DNA from: a virus
Virus record (IMG/VR): IMGVR_UViG_3300021602_000003
Coordinates: 102,257-166,256 of that record
Length of the DNA stretch: 64,000 bases
Reading direction: 5' to 3' (one strand)
The notes below the pieces were generated by a model. The model was not told the DNA's origin. It did not search any database and saw only the letters and a list, made by a program, of their open reading frames with translations. Of this stretch, positions 26,962-37,265 are shown piece by piece. Numbering within the stretch: position 1 is the stretch's first letter; every line of letters begins with the position of its first letter. The translations under genes were made by a program, and so were the position numbers.

Positions 26962-27321
26962 ATGCCAACAGTAGAAACAGTTAAAAACAATATACTAAAA
27001 GTAGCATTCGGATCTATCGGTTCTATTATTGCTATAGTAGCAGCATTATTTGCAGTGGATGAAAGATATGCTCATGCTGCTGATGTCGGGAAAGATAAAC
27101 TTCAAACACAAGATTTAATTCAAGATACTTCTCAAACATTGCGTAGACAATTATTAGAAGATAAACTGTTTGAGTTAGACGTAAAGAAAGCACAGGCTAA
27201 AGATCAAAAGTTACCTCCAATTGATGCAGCACTAAGAGAAAGATATCAGCGTCAATTAGATAATGTTAATAGATTGCAAACTAAGAGTAGGAACTTAAAT
27301 AGAGCACTACCGAGAGACTAG
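26962..27321 (+). CDS. hypothetical protein, N-terminal TM plus coiled coil
   Basis: GATAAATA and GGAG upstream; terminator downstream. Confidence 0.65.
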   Translation: MPTVETVKNNILKVAFGSIGSIIAIVAALFAVDERYAHAADVGKDKLQTQDLIQDTSQTLRRQLLEDKLFELDVKKAQAKDQKLPPIDAALRERYQRQLDNVNRLQTKSRNLNRALPRD

Positions 27322-27325
27322 TCGT

Positions 27326-27348
27326 AAAAAGCCCCGAAAGGGGCTTTT
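27326..27348 (+). terminator. rho-independent terminator (possibly bidirectional)
   Basis: AAAAAGCCCC-GAAA-GGGGCTTTTT. Confidence 0.85.
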
Positions 27349-27426
27349 TACTTTTTCGAATTTAGCATCGGCATCTTTAGTTTGATCACTGACATTTTGA
27401 TAAATACATTAAGGAGTAAATCAAAA

Positions 27427-28329
27427 ATGCCAACAAGAATCAAATTAGAAAATTTACCTATATCCGAAATAAAAGATCATTTTTACAACGGAATGTCACA
27501 AAAGAATTTAGCAATTAAATATTTTGTTTCTGTTCCGACAATGAGGAACATAATTAAAGAGTTGGGGCTGACAAGGCTCGGCCGCATCCCTCAGAGGAAG
27601 ATTGACGTTGTGTTATTAAACAAGAATTATCATATTGCTAAAATATCGAGGATGTCCGGTTTAGATTCGGCCACTGTATCGAGAATATTACAAATTAATA
27701 ATATACTACCTGCAAAGAGGGATATTAAATCTCCACCTTCGAAAGAGAAAATAAAATCGCGATATGAACAATTTAAAAGTCAGTTTTCTGAGGAGTATGT
27801 ATCACTCCTATTATCGAAATCATTATACCATGCCTGTATATCTACTGGATATAGCGAAATTATATTAAAAAGATACGCACAGGAATATAATATTTCTTTT
27901 AAGAAAGCGTTCACAACAATTCACGATATATCGTCTATTGATATTGAAAAAATAAAAAATCTATATAAAGAAAATTTATACACAAATAAAGAAATACAAG
28001 AAATGTATTCGATAGGAGCAAGAACATTTAAAAAAATAACAAGAGATATAGAAAAAGAATCCGATATTGTAAATACAGAATTTGAGGAATATAAGAAAGT
28101 TACTCGTCGATTAACTACTGTGGTCAAAAATTTATATAACATAAATCCTCCATCGAAGTTTCATATTGACCATAAAATATCGGTTTATGACGGATTTAAA
28201 CTCGGAATACCACCCTATCTTATTGCATCAAAAGAAAATTTAGAAATAATACCATCATTGGATAATCTTAAAAAAGGAAGCTCATCTTCTATTACAAAAG
28301 ACGAGCTTTATAGTTTATTGAAACTTTAA
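27427..28329 (+). CDS. putative HNH homing endonuclease with HTH repeats
   Basis: HIDHKIS...ENL......DNLKKG; TGATAAATA and AAGGAG upstream of ATG 27427. Confidence 0.75.
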   Translation: MPTRIKLENLPISEIKDHFYNGMSQKNLAIKYFVSVPTMRNIIKELGLTRLGRIPQRKIDVVLLNKNYHIAKISRMSGLDSATVSRILQINNILPAKRDIKSPPSKEKIKSRYEQFKSQFSEEYVSLLLSKSLYHACISTGYSEIILKRYAQEYNISFKKAFTTIHDISSIDIEKIKNLYKENLYTNKEIQEMYSIGARTFKKITRDIEKESDIVNTEFEEYKKVTRRLTTVVKNLYNINPPSKFHIDHKISVYDGFKLGIPPYLIASKENLEIIPSLDNLKKGSSSSITKDELYSLLKL

Positions 28330-29168
28330 TCTTGGCCGTAAATCCCTAATACCTTAGATACTAACGGATCTCGTTCGACATGGCATCTTTCGAACTTACA
28401 AATAGCTATATCACTATCAGATTTAGGAAATCTTTTTAGGAAATCTTTTAATCCGTTTTCTTCATACCCCCTATCATGCTGATTTAAGTCCCCTGTCACG
28501 ATTATAGAACTTCCTTCGCCCAAGCGTGTCAACACCATGGTCATCTGGTTTGGTGTGCAATTTTGGGCTTCGTCTAAAATGACATATGCATGTTTGAATG
28601 TACGACCACGCATAAATCCAAGTGGGGCCACTTCAATAATGCCCTCTTCTAACATTCTCTTTGTTTCTTGTAGACCATAGTATTCCTCAAATACATCAAA
28701 TATGGGGCGAGTCCAAGGCTCCATTTTTGCATTTAAATCTCCCGGTAAGAATCCATGTTTTTCGTCAACGCTAACTGCCGGACGAGTTAATATAATTCTT
28801 GTTACTTCTTTCTCTCGTAGTGCTTTAATGGCTCTTAGTACAGCGAGCAATGTTTTACCTGTACCAGCGGGGCCGACAGCAAATACCATTCGTTTTTCAA
28901 GAAGGGCTTCTACATAAGTTTCCTGGGCAGTATTACGCGGTAGCATTTCTACCTTTCTATAATTCCTGTTGCCTAGTTTAACTACATTGGCAATTTGTGG
29001 TTCATTATGTTGATATGCTGTACGAGATTGCGGCACCGACTTAGGTGCCAATTTGCGATTTTTGCTCAAAGTGATTTCTCCTGTAAGGGATTTATGTGAG
29101 TTAAAGGAATTTACTGGCTCTAGAACAGAACCAATATTACGAGATGCATCTTTTAAGAGTGATGTCAT
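28326..29168 (-). CDS. phoH: PhoH family ATPase
   Basis: GPAGTGKT, TRPAV, GFLPG, FMRGRTF, DEAQN, GDL.Q.D; start is either ATG 29168 (leaderless) or TTG 29069 (AGGAG). Confidence 0.93.
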   Translation of the reverse strand: MTSLLKDASRNIGSVLEPVNSFNSHKSLTGEITLSKNRKLAPKSVPQSRTAYQHNEPQIANVVKLGNRNYRKVEMLPRNTAQETYVEALLEKRMVFAVGPAGTGKTLLAVLRAIKALREKEVTRIILTRPAVSVDEKHGFLPGDLNAKMEPWTRPIFDVFEEYYGLQETKRMLEEGIIEVAPLGFMRGRTFKHAYVILDEAQNCTPNQMTMVLTRLGEGSSIIVTGDLNQHDRGYEENGLKDFLKRFPKSDSDIAICKFERCHVERDPLVSKVLGIYGQD

Positions 29169-29276
29169 GTACTATATTTATACATCTTTGAAAATCAGGG
29201 GACATATTCGATACTTTATCATTCGACAATAATTATGATAAATACTCAATATGAACATTAGGGGCTTAGGCAACAT

Positions 29277-29840
29277 ATGACTGATCTTGACTCGATAAAG
29301 AAAACACTTGTAAACATTTCTAAAGGTAATGATATCTTAGACATGCTTATAGAATTCGAACGCACGCTCGATAATGCGGAAATATTTGCCTATAAAAACT
29401 GGATATTAGGTGAATTAGTTGAAGGACCTATTATAAGCCGTTACTGGTTTAAGGTAGTCCTGATGTACCCTTACGCGATGATGCCCGACCCAAATGCTGG
29501 CCTAAGATTAACAAAATTGGGTGCCAAGGTTAATTTTAGAGAAGGTGTATTTAAGAAGCCTGTTAAAGTCACTGGTCCGAAAGATTGGGTAGATCCAGAA
29601 ACAAAACGAGCCAAGATGGCCGAGCATGAGATTTGGTTAGTAACTATTGAATTACCTATAAAGTATATTAATCGAGGGTTAGAGCAGGGCGACGAAATTA
29701 TACAAAAAGATATCGAAGATACAAATGCAGAATTAGCAGATGCATTTGGCGACGAACCAGAAGAAGCGATGCCGACCGAACCTACAGATGCAACCGCTGG
29801 CGGGCAACCGGAAGACATAACTCCAGAGGGGCAGATATGA
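29277..29840 (+). CDS. hypothetical protein
   Basis: TGATAAATA upstream; 187-aa ORF. Confidence 0.7.
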   Translation: MTDLDSIKKTLVNISKGNDILDMLIEFERTLDNAEIFAYKNWILGELVEGPIISRYWFKVVLMYPYAMMPDPNAGLRLTKLGAKVNFREGVFKKPVKVTGPKDWVDPETKRAKMAEHEIWLVTIELPIKYINRGLEQGDEIIQKDIEDTNAELADAFGDEPEEAMPTEPTDATAGGQPEDITPEGQI

Positions 29841-30589
29841 GTTTAAAGAGCGGAGATTTGAGAGGTACTATATTACCCGATGTATCTGTCGACGAATTCG
29901 AACCAAAAGCAGGTAAAGATATAGATGTCATTGTTGTTGCATTCTATCTAAATGATGAAGCACCAGCGGCAGACCTTAATACATTTATACAACGAGGATT
30001 TATAGATACACTAGATGTTGAAGTAAGTCCTAGTACAGACGAAGAAGGCAGATATTTAGTATTTGTAGAAATGTCTCGTGATGATACTTTCCCTAATAAA
30101 TTTCAAGCATTACTGAAGGATGTCGGTAATTTGGTTGGCGACACCGAATGGAGTGTTAAGACATATTTCTCAGATGGAAAATCATTTGCATATAATGACC
30201 CCGAACTATATAAGTATGTCATCATAGAACCGTCCGACTATGTACCTAAGGATAAATTTAATATGAAGAAAATGGAAGAAGCTATAAATGAATTTTTCAG
30301 TGCATCCTTAATCACAGGCTTGACAATAGACGGGAATACTGTTATACTAACAGGGAACAGTAGAAAAATAGTTGCTGAAGTTGTAGACGTCGGCGACTAC
30401 GATACTGTTATTGGAAGAAACTTCTTAAGTGAATCTGCTTTTAGAATAGAAGATCGTTCTTACGAGGCTAAAACTTTAGTAAGCATCTTAGGAAATTGTA
30501 ATGTTATTCCAATTGAAAATTACCTTTGCATTAATTATGATGATAGGGTAATGTTGTTAAAAGATACACAGATAAAGTACGGGAATTAA
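29837..30589 (+). CDS. hypothetical protein
   Basis: Coupled 250-aa ORF. Confidence 0.7.
   Translation: MSLKSGDLRGTILPDVSVDEFEPKAGKDIDVIVVAFYLNDEAPAADLNTFIQRGFIDTLDVEVSPSTDEEGRYLVFVEMSRDDTFPNKFQALLKDVGNLVGDTEWSVKTYFSDGKSFAYNDPELYKYVIIEPSDYVPKDKFNMKKMEEAINEFFSASLITGLTIDGNTVILTGNSRKIVAEVVDVGDYDTVIGRNFLSESAFRIEDRSYEAKTLVSILGNCNVIPIENYLCINYDDRVMLLKDTQIKYGN
30320..30348 (+). promoter_or_regulatory. internal sigma70 promoter upstream of infA-dnaJ-clpA
   Basis: TTGACA-17nt-TATACT inside the preceding CDS. Confidence 0.6.
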
Positions 30590-30593
30590 TAAA

Positions 30594-30815
30594 TTGGCTA
30601 AAGATAGAGACGACATGATTGTCACAAAAGGGCGTATTACAGATGCATCTCCTGGTGCACGATTTAAAGTAACACTAGAAAACGGGCATACACTAAATGC
30701 CGTTATTAGTGGAAAAATTCGTAAGAATAATATTCAAATTTTGTTAGACGATCTTGTAGAAGTCCAAATGTCTCCATATGATTTAAATCTGGGTCGAATT
30801 ACGTATAGATTTTAA
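30594..30815 (+). CDS. infA: translation initiation factor IF-1
   Basis: F.V.LENGH...A.ISGKIRKN.I.IL..D.V.V.MSPYDL..GRITYR; TTG start. Confidence 0.93.
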   Translation: MAKDRDDMIVTKGRITDASPGARFKVTLENGHTLNAVISGKIRKNNIQILLDDLVEVQMSPYDLNLGRITYRF

Positions 30816-30930
30816 TGAAACTATTCTTAGAAATAGTTGCGGTAATATTTTTACCTGTAGAGATAGTTTATTCCTGGATAGAGCACTTTACTTTAAAGAT
30901 CTTCTCTAGAAAAAATAAGAAATATTTAAG

Positions 30931-31755
30931 ATGAGTAAAAGGGATTATTATACAGTCCTAGGGGTCGAGCGTTCTGCAACACCCGAAGATTTAAAAACAA
31001 AATACAGGCAACTGGCAAGTAAGTATCATCCCGATAAAATTACTGGTGCCGATGGTTCGCCCGAAAAACTGACTGCCGAAGCTAACTTCAAGGAAGTTAA
31101 AGAGGCATACGAAATTCTTGCCGATGTCGAGAAGCGTCGACAGTACGATATACACGGTCACGAAGGTCTGTCTGGTGGAAATGCACAGCAATGGGCGCAT
31201 GGCGCAACTAACCACCAAAATGTCGAAGACATGCTCAAATCATTCTTCGGTACTGGTGCATCGTTCGACCCCTATAGTGGTACTCAGCGCCGCCAACAAA
31301 TAACTGTTATAAATATTTCATTAGCAGATGCTTACTCGGGTAAGGTAATTAGGGTTGATTCGTCAGTTACTTTGACTATTCCTAGAGGAGTACGATCCGG
31401 TACACGATTCTTTGCCGATAATAAATTATACCGTATTGATGTTCAGCCTCATTATAAATTTAAGAGGGCGAACGACGACTTATTAGTCGACGTAAATATT
31501 AATTCTGCTGAAGCTGCACTGGGCGTGGCGGCTATACTCGACCACATAGACGGTGCTAAACTACAGTTTACAATACCTGCAGGTATTCAGCCCGGACAAA
31601 TAGTTAAATTAGCAGGTAAGGGTATGAATAATCCAGAGATAGATAGACAGGGCGATATCTTGGTTAGGATCAGTATTAATATTCCTAAAAATTTAAGTGA
31701 TGCAGAGAAGGACATTATGAAGTCTTTGAATCACAGAGAATCTATAAATATTTAA
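30931..31755 (+). CDS. dnaJ: class B J-domain chaperone (no Zn finger)
   Basis: RDYY.VLGV, YHPDK, EAYEIL, C-terminal IPAG.QPG...L.GKGM...GD. Confidence 0.88.
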   Translation: MSKRDYYTVLGVERSATPEDLKTKYRQLASKYHPDKITGADGSPEKLTAEANFKEVKEAYEILADVEKRRQYDIHGHEGLSGGNAQQWAHGATNHQNVEDMLKSFFGTGASFDPYSGTQRRQQITVINISLADAYSGKVIRVDSSVTLTIPRGVRSGTRFFADNKLYRIDVQPHYKFKRANDDLLVDVNINSAEAALGVAAILDHIDGAKLQFTIPAGIQPGQIVKLAGKGMNNPEIDRQGDILVRISINIPKNLSDAEKDIMKSLNHRESINI

Positions 31756-31762
31756 GGTAAAC

Positions 31763-33979
31763 ATGACTAAAAAAGTAGAAAAGATGATCGAGAGAGCAGT
31801 GACTCTCGCTAATGACAATAATCACGAATATGTAACCTTAGAACATATGCTATTATCTCTGTTGCATGAGAAAGAAGTCAACGAACTTATACTTGCAGTA
31901 GGCGGACAACCGGCTAAGATTAAGGCCGAAACTGTCCAATTTTTGGGTGATCCTGCACTAAAGAAACCTGATGCACTCAAAGATGTGCCGGCAAAGCGTA
32001 CATCAGTATTAAATCGCACGTTTCAACGTGCATTAACTCAAGTAATATTTTCGGGTCGCAGAGAGTTGACCAACGAAGGTATTCTACTAAGTATCCTTAG
32101 TGAGGAAACTAGTCATGCATTCTATTACTTAGGTAAACACGGTGTTACCAGAGAAAAGATTATGGGACAACTGCGTAAGTCGGAAGAAAAGCAAGGACCT
32201 AATGAGACTTTCTTAGATCAATATGCACGTAATCTGAATAAGGAAGCTACTGACGGATCTATCGATCCTGTAATCGGTAGAGAAAAAGAAGTTATGGATA
32301 CTATCGAAATTCTTGCTAGACGCAGAAAGAATAACGTAGTTTATGTGGGCGAACCCGGTGTTGGAAAGACAGCACTTGCTGAAGGACTTGCATTAAAAAT
32401 TGTTAATAAAGAAGTGCCTAAAGCATTACAGAACAAAGTAGTATATAGTTTAGATGTTGGCGCATTGATCGCTGGCACAAAATTCCGTGGAGACTTTGAA
32501 GAACGTCTTAAAGGTGTTTTAGAGCAAGTTAAGAAAATGGGCAACTGCATTATGTTCATTGATGAAATTCATATGATCTTAGGTGCGGGCGCCGCAGGTG
32601 GTGGTCAAATGGATGCAGGCAATTTGTTGAAACCTATGCTTGCCAAAGGACAATTAACTTGTGTAGGTGCGACTACGTACGACGAGTTCCATCAACACTT
32701 TGAGAAAGACAAAGCATTGCTTCGTCGCTTCCAAAAATATGATATTGAACAACCGTCCGCACTAGAGACTAAATTAATTCTTAAAGGCATTGCTTACCAA
32801 TACGAAAAGTTCCATGGCGTTACTTTCGAGGAAGGTGCTACAGATATGTGTGTAGATTTAGCTGACCGATATCTGAAGTCGAAGTTCTTTCCTGACAAGG
32901 CAATCGATATTATGGATTCGGCTGGCGCGATAACTAAACTGATGGATCAAACAGTCGTTACCATCGATACCATTGTGCAGCAGGCGGCAAAGATTGCACA
33001 TATGCCTGTTGATATGATTGATATGAAAGAGAATACTTCACTCGAGAATCTTGCTCCACGTATGAAGGACAAGGTATATGAACAAGATGAAGCAATTGAT
33101 AAATTAGTCGAAGCTATTTTTATGTCTAAGGCAGGATTACGAAATCCATCTAAGCCCATCGGTAGTTTCTTGTTTACTGGCCCAACAGGAACTGGTAAGA
33201 CTTATACGGCCAGTAAACTTGCCGAAACATTGGGTGTACATTTTGCTAGATTTGATATGTCCGAGTATATGGAAAAGCATACTGTATCTAAATTTATTGG
33301 AGCGCCTCCCGGGTACGTAGGACACGGCGAAGGTAAGATGGGTGAGGGACAACTAATCCAGACGATTGATACACATCCTAACTGTGTATTACTGTTAGAT
33401 GAAATTGAGAAGGCTAATCCGGACGTTCTTAGTGTATTATTACAAGTTATGGATGCCGGGCGGCTTACTTCGTCTAAAGGTAAGACAATTGATTTTTCAA
33501 ATGTGATAATTATTATGTCGGCCAACCTGGGCGCTGCTGAAGCTGAAAGGCTAAAGATAGGGTTTGGAAGTCAGGACAACGAAGGTGCAGTGGACTCGGA
33601 GATTAAAAAGTTCTTTGCTCCAGAGTTTAGAAACAGACTGGATGCTATTGTAAAGTTTAACAAACTGACCATGGCTGGTATGAACTTGATTGTTAATGCA
33701 GAAGTAGAAAAGGTGGATGCAATGCTCTCCCCTAAAAACATCAGCATTAATGTAACACAACAAGCTCGCGACTGGTTAGCTAAAAATGGATATGATCCTA
33801 AATTTGGTGCAAGACCATTCGAAAGACTGTTCGAAGAGAAAGTTAAGAAACCACTTTCTAAGGAAATATTGTTTGGCAAACTTAAAAACGGTGGCCGAGC
33901 AAATATTGATTATAATATTATTTCCGATGTATTAATTATAGATGTTACATCATCTGTAATGGAAGAAATATTAAACTAA
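31763..33979 (+). CDS. clpA: Clp protease ATPase ClpA
   Basis: [12 protein letters not shown]-domain, two AAA+ modules ([16 protein letters not shown]), no ClpB middle domain, IGF loop. Confidence 0.93.
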   Translation: MTKKVEKMIERAVTLANDNNHEYVTLEHMLLSLLHEKEVNELILAVGGQPAKIKAETVQFLGDPALKKPDALKDVPAKRTSVLNRTFQRALTQVIFSGRRELTNEGILLSILSEETSHAFYYLGKHGVTREKIMGQLRKSEEKQGPNETFLDQYARNLNKEATDGSIDPVIGREKEVMDTIEILARRRKNNVVYVGEPGVGKTALAEGLALKIVNKEVPKALQNKVVYSLDVGALIAGTKFRGDFEERLKGVLEQVKKMGNCIMFIDEIHMILGAGAAGGGQMDAGNLLKPMLAKGQLTCVGATTYDEFHQHFEKDKALLRRFQKYDIEQPSALETKLILKGIAYQYEKFHGVTFEEGATDMCVDLADRYLKSKFFPDKAIDIMDSAGAITKLMDQTVVTIDTIVQQAAKIAHMPVDMIDMKENTSLENLAPRMKDKVYEQDEAIDKLVEAIFMSKAGLRNPSKPIGSFLFTGPTGTGKTYTASKLAETLGVHFARFDMSEYMEKHTVSKFIGAPPGYVGHGEGKMGEGQLIQTIDTHPNCVLLLDEIEKANPDVLSVLLQVMDAGRLTSSKGKTIDFSNVIIIMSANLGAAEAERLKIGFGSQDNEGAVDSEIKKFFAPEFRNRLDAIVKFNKLTMAGMNLIVNAEVEKVDAMLSPKNISINVTQQARDWLAKNGYDPKFGARPFERLFEEKVKKPLSKEILFGKLKNGGRANIDYNIISDVLIIDVTSSVMEEILN

Positions 33980-33991
33980 TATTGCCTATCT

Positions 33992-34019
33992 AAGAAGCCG
34001 CCCCGGAGGCGGCTTTTTT
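33992..34019 (+). terminator. rho-independent terminator
   Basis: AAGCCGCC-CCGGA-GGCGGCTTTTT. Confidence 0.8.
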
Positions 34020-34075
34020 ACGGCCGATACTTCTTATCTATTATGATAAATAATAGAGAACAAGAAGGAACAAGA

Positions 34076-34507
34076 ATGGCTATCAGAAAAAGTATAATGA
34101 TGCTATCTAATACAGGCACAAATTGGAATGTTATCGGGGAACCTATTCGCGGAAATGCCTATTACGGGTACGACAACGGAGTATGCACAGTTCAAGTAAT
34201 ATATCAAAATCTTGTAGGTGGATTTGGCATACAAGGAACTCTTGCCATAAATCCGCAACCTGAAGATTGGTTTTGGATTAAGTTAAATCCAAACGGTGAC
34301 GTTAATACCCCCTTCATTCCATATCCACTCTATGCACCTACAGGAAATAATGGTGGAGATACCGGGTCTATGGCAGTCACATTTATTGGAAATTTTGTAT
34401 TTCTGAGAGCAGTATTAACTCGCGATTATTTACAACCTGTAGTTGTCAATCCACAATGGAGTACATGGCAATATGGACAAATTGATTGTGTTCTGTTGAG
34501 TTTATAA
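34076..34507 (+). CDS. hypothetical late (probably structural) protein
   Basis: TGATAAATA upstream; beta-rich, IQGTL...P...DWF. Confidence 0.6.
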   Translation: MAIRKSIMMLSNTGTNWNVIGEPIRGNAYYGYDNGVCTVQVIYQNLVGGFGIQGTLAINPQPEDWFWIKLNPNGDVNTPFIPYPLYAPTGNNGGDTGSMAVTFIGNFVFLRAVLTRDYLQPVVVNPQWSTWQYGQIDCVLLSL

Positions 34508-34519
34508 AGGATAATATCG

Positions 34520-35485
34520 ATGTCAATTGTAGGACAAAACACCTTACTAAATCAGTATGTACCGACATTCTTCATAAAGAATATACAACAAGGACAAACA
34601 CTTGTATATGATTCGGTAAGTAAGGCATTTATTAATGCCGAACAAAATAGCAATACGACTATACTTGATGTACCGTCGGGAGGTACTGGAAACGATTATT
34701 TCGAACCTAACCAAATTCTTTTTGGCAAAGGTACGTTACCTTTACAAACCGATCCTGCATTAGCATTTATACCGGATGGACTAAATGGTACATTATTCAT
34801 AGGCGGGATAAATGGCGCAAGGCTTGCAACAGATTCGCTTGGTGTAACACTATCATCTATTGCACCTAATTATAGTATAACACTTATACCGAACGGAAAT
34901 GGGTCGGTTATAATAGGCACAACAGGCGGCGGTACATTAGCATCGGCTGCTGCGGAATCCTTAGAAGTAGTCGGTAATACTACACTAACTTTAACTTCTA
35001 TACTCGGCTCACTGTATCTATCATTGCCGGCAGGAATTACTAATAAATTGTCTATTATAGGGCCTACAGCAGTCGACTATGCAACAGGGCTTGCAGAAAA
35101 CGATTTAACAAATAAACTTTATGTAGATAATGCAATAACAACAGGTGCCGCTGCCGGTGCTGTGAAATCTTTACAGACAGAAGTACCATTAAATGTCGAT
35201 GGCACAACTGTGATAGGAACCTTTATTCCTACAAATTCAACTCTTCTATCAGTTAAGGTATTAGTAGATGTACCCGACACTACGGCCACACTTTGCGTAG
35301 GATCTGTTACAGATGGTATAGATGCATTTATGTTAACAACGGAGAATGATTTACAAACTGCAGGTATATATGAGGCAGATATATTCTTCACAATAGGGGC
35401 CTCCGAGCAAGTTATAGCAACTGTTGCAGGATCTTCGGGCAGCGGTTTGTGCCATATTATATACTCTTATCAGGTTCCGCAATAA
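34520..35485 (+). CDS. putative tail/fibre-like structural protein
   Basis: G/T/S-rich; GQTLVYD, GGTG, PNGNGSV, TNKLYVD motifs typical of fibre proteins. Confidence 0.6.
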   Translation: MSIVGQNTLLNQYVPTFFIKNIQQGQTLVYDSVSKAFINAEQNSNTTILDVPSGGTGNDYFEPNQILFGKGTLPLQTDPALAFIPDGLNGTLFIGGINGARLATDSLGVTLSSIAPNYSITLIPNGNGSVIIGTTGGGTLASAAAESLEVVGNTTLTLTSILGSLYLSLPAGITNKLSIIGPTAVDYATGLAENDLTNKLYVDNAITTGAAAGAVKSLQTEVPLNVDGTTVIGTFIPTNSTLLSVKVLVDVPDTTATLCVGSVTDGIDAFMLTTENDLQTAGIYEADIFFTIGASEQVIATVAGSSGSGLCHIIYSYQVPQ

Positions 35486-35497
35486 TAGGAGGTAAAA

Positions 35498-35731
35498 ATG
35501 AATAGAATGATTAAAGATTTACTCACAGGTCCGGACGGCGAGACGCATGATCCGGCAAGATGGTTATGGATCGTTGGTGTAGTTTGTTTCTTAGGATTTT
35601 CAGGATTCCAGATATACAAGAGCGGTGCTTTTGATATGGTAAATTTCGGCCTAGCATACGGATCACTCTTAGGCGCGGGCAGTGCTGGTGTTAAGATTAA
35701 AGAATCAACAGAGCCAAAACCGACATTATAA
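35498..35731 (+). CDS. small two-TM protein (holin-like)
   Basis: GGAGG RBS; two hydrophobic helices and a charged C-terminus. Confidence 0.5.
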   Translation: MNRMIKDLLTGPDGETHDPARWLWIVGVVCFLGFSGFQIYKSGAFDMVNFGLAYGSLLGAGSAGVKIKESTEPKPTL

Positions 35732-35854
35732 ACCGATATTATACAGAATTGTTGCGACCGCACATAAATACTGTTACACTACAAGAACTGTGCTCATGGT
35801 GAGGCAGTAAATTGCAATAGTGGCCAATTATGGCACTTTATAAGGAAATTAAAA

Positions 35855-36220
35855 ATGTTCACATCTATCAAAACCCCCCAAGCCTTCATCAAGTCTATGA
35901 CAGACATGTTTGAATCTATCCCTAAGACACCTCAGGCAGCAAAAGTTGTATTTGAAAAAGTACAATCTGTTATTACTACAGAAGTTACCAATGCTCAAGA
36001 GATGACACGTGTCTATCAAAAAGCTATGTTGGGTGATGCAACACCAAAAGAACTTGCCGCTGCTAACACAAATGCTAAAGAATTAATGAAGGCAACTTCG
36101 TTCGCGGCACTTGTGGCTGTGCCAGGTGCTATTTTCGCTCTTCCTACAATCATTGGAAAAGCTAAGGAATATAGTATCGATTTAGTTCCTAAGTCTGTTG
36201 CTACAGAATTCAATATCTAA
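35855..36220 (+). CDS. helical protein with LETM1-like C-terminus
   Basis: EL..AN....EL.K....AL..VPG....LP.......IDLVP.S; own promoter and terminator. Confidence 0.5.
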   Translation: MFTSIKTPQAFIKSMTDMFESIPKTPQAAKVVFEKVQSVITTEVTNAQEMTRVYQKAMLGDATPKELAAANTNAKELMKATSFAALVAVPGAIFALPTIIGKAKEYSIDLVPKSVATEFNI

Positions 36221-36234
36221 TATTGATAATGTCT

Positions 36235-36261
36235 GAAAGGGGCTCGTGCCCCTTTTCTTTT
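36235..36261 (+). terminator. rho-independent terminator
   Basis: GAAAGGGGC-TCGT-GCCCCTTTTCTTTT. Confidence 0.8.
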
Positions 36262-36290
36262 GACTACGCAATAAATAAGATAAATACAAT

Positions 36291-37214
36291 ATGAGAATTT
36301 TAGAAATCCTACTACCCAAAGGCACTTCCGATAAGAGCCTATCTCCTCAAAAAATCAAAAAAATCGATGCCCTGCAGCAACGTATGACAGGGTATGTAGA
36401 TAAAATTTGTGACCCAAATACATCTAAGACGAAGAAGGAATTTCTACAAGCACATCTGAAGAAGGACTATGATACATTCAAGGCAGCTATTAACGAAATT
36501 GCTGTAGTATCTGAAGCAAGTCTGGGGCATAGTTTACAATGGCCCGAGCTTGTTAATAAACTAAGTAGCGTAATGAGGGCGACCGGGTGGAAGTCGAGCA
36601 GGCACGGCGATAACGGTTACATGTTTAGTATAAAAGGACAAGAAAGTGACGATCAATACTATGCAGTTATAGTAGAATACAATGGCGATGCTAGTTTTAC
36701 ATATGCATTGGGTACTGTCGAAGATGGTCGTCCATACATAGATGATTCTTTTAGGGGTGTATTACCGCTTACTGAAGCAAGCCTTAGCGAATTAATAAAC
36801 ACGATACGCGAGGGATATGGGTTATCAGAAAGTCTATGTCTTCGTTCGCCTAAATTAAATGAAGCAGTTCATAAACTACCATTATCAGATAAAGATTTCG
36901 AAGTAGTTAAGCGAATAATGGAAAATCCTATTCCAGCAGCAGTAGCATCTATCTATCTAATAGAAATTATAGATGATGACGAGTTGAATGACCAAATAAG
37001 AACACTAGAGGATACCGAGCCTAATCGAGATATCCGTCCATTCGTGGTTTCTTGGTTAGATAGAGTAATGCCGGATCAGATGCATCGTTTCGGTCAACCT
37101 AGAGCAGGCGAAAACGAACGCAAAGGACTCTTTTCTCCTATACATGGGTACGATCCCAAAATGTACAAAGGTTCTAACGAATCATTGACTGGCAACGCAT
37201 TTGGTAGATTCTAA
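36291..37214 (+). CDS. hypothetical, candidate head-targeted protein
   Basis: MRILEILL start 4 nt after GATAAATA; internal INE, VSE, LSE and LNE sites. Confidence 0.65.
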   Translation: MRILEILLPKGTSDKSLSPQKIKKIDALQQRMTGYVDKICDPNTSKTKKEFLQAHLKKDYDTFKAAINEIAVVSEASLGHSLQWPELVNKLSSVMRATGWKSSRHGDNGYMFSIKGQESDDQYYAVIVEYNGDASFTYALGTVEDGRPYIDDSFRGVLPLTEASLSELINTIREGYGLSESLCLRSPKLNEAVHKLPLSDKDFEVVKRIMENPIPAAVASIYLIEIIDDDELNDQIRTLEDTEPNRDIRPFVVSWLDRVMPDQMHRFGQPRAGENERKGLFSPIHGYDPKMYKGSNESLTGNAFGRF

Positions 37215-37265
37215 ATTTACTGCCTGTTTATATTTATTTGATAAATATTTACAGGAGGCAATGTT

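Noticed and set aside
31763-33979. ClpB disaggregase assignment
   Set aside because: There is no middle coiled-coil domain and an IGF ClpP-docking loop is present, which fits ClpA.
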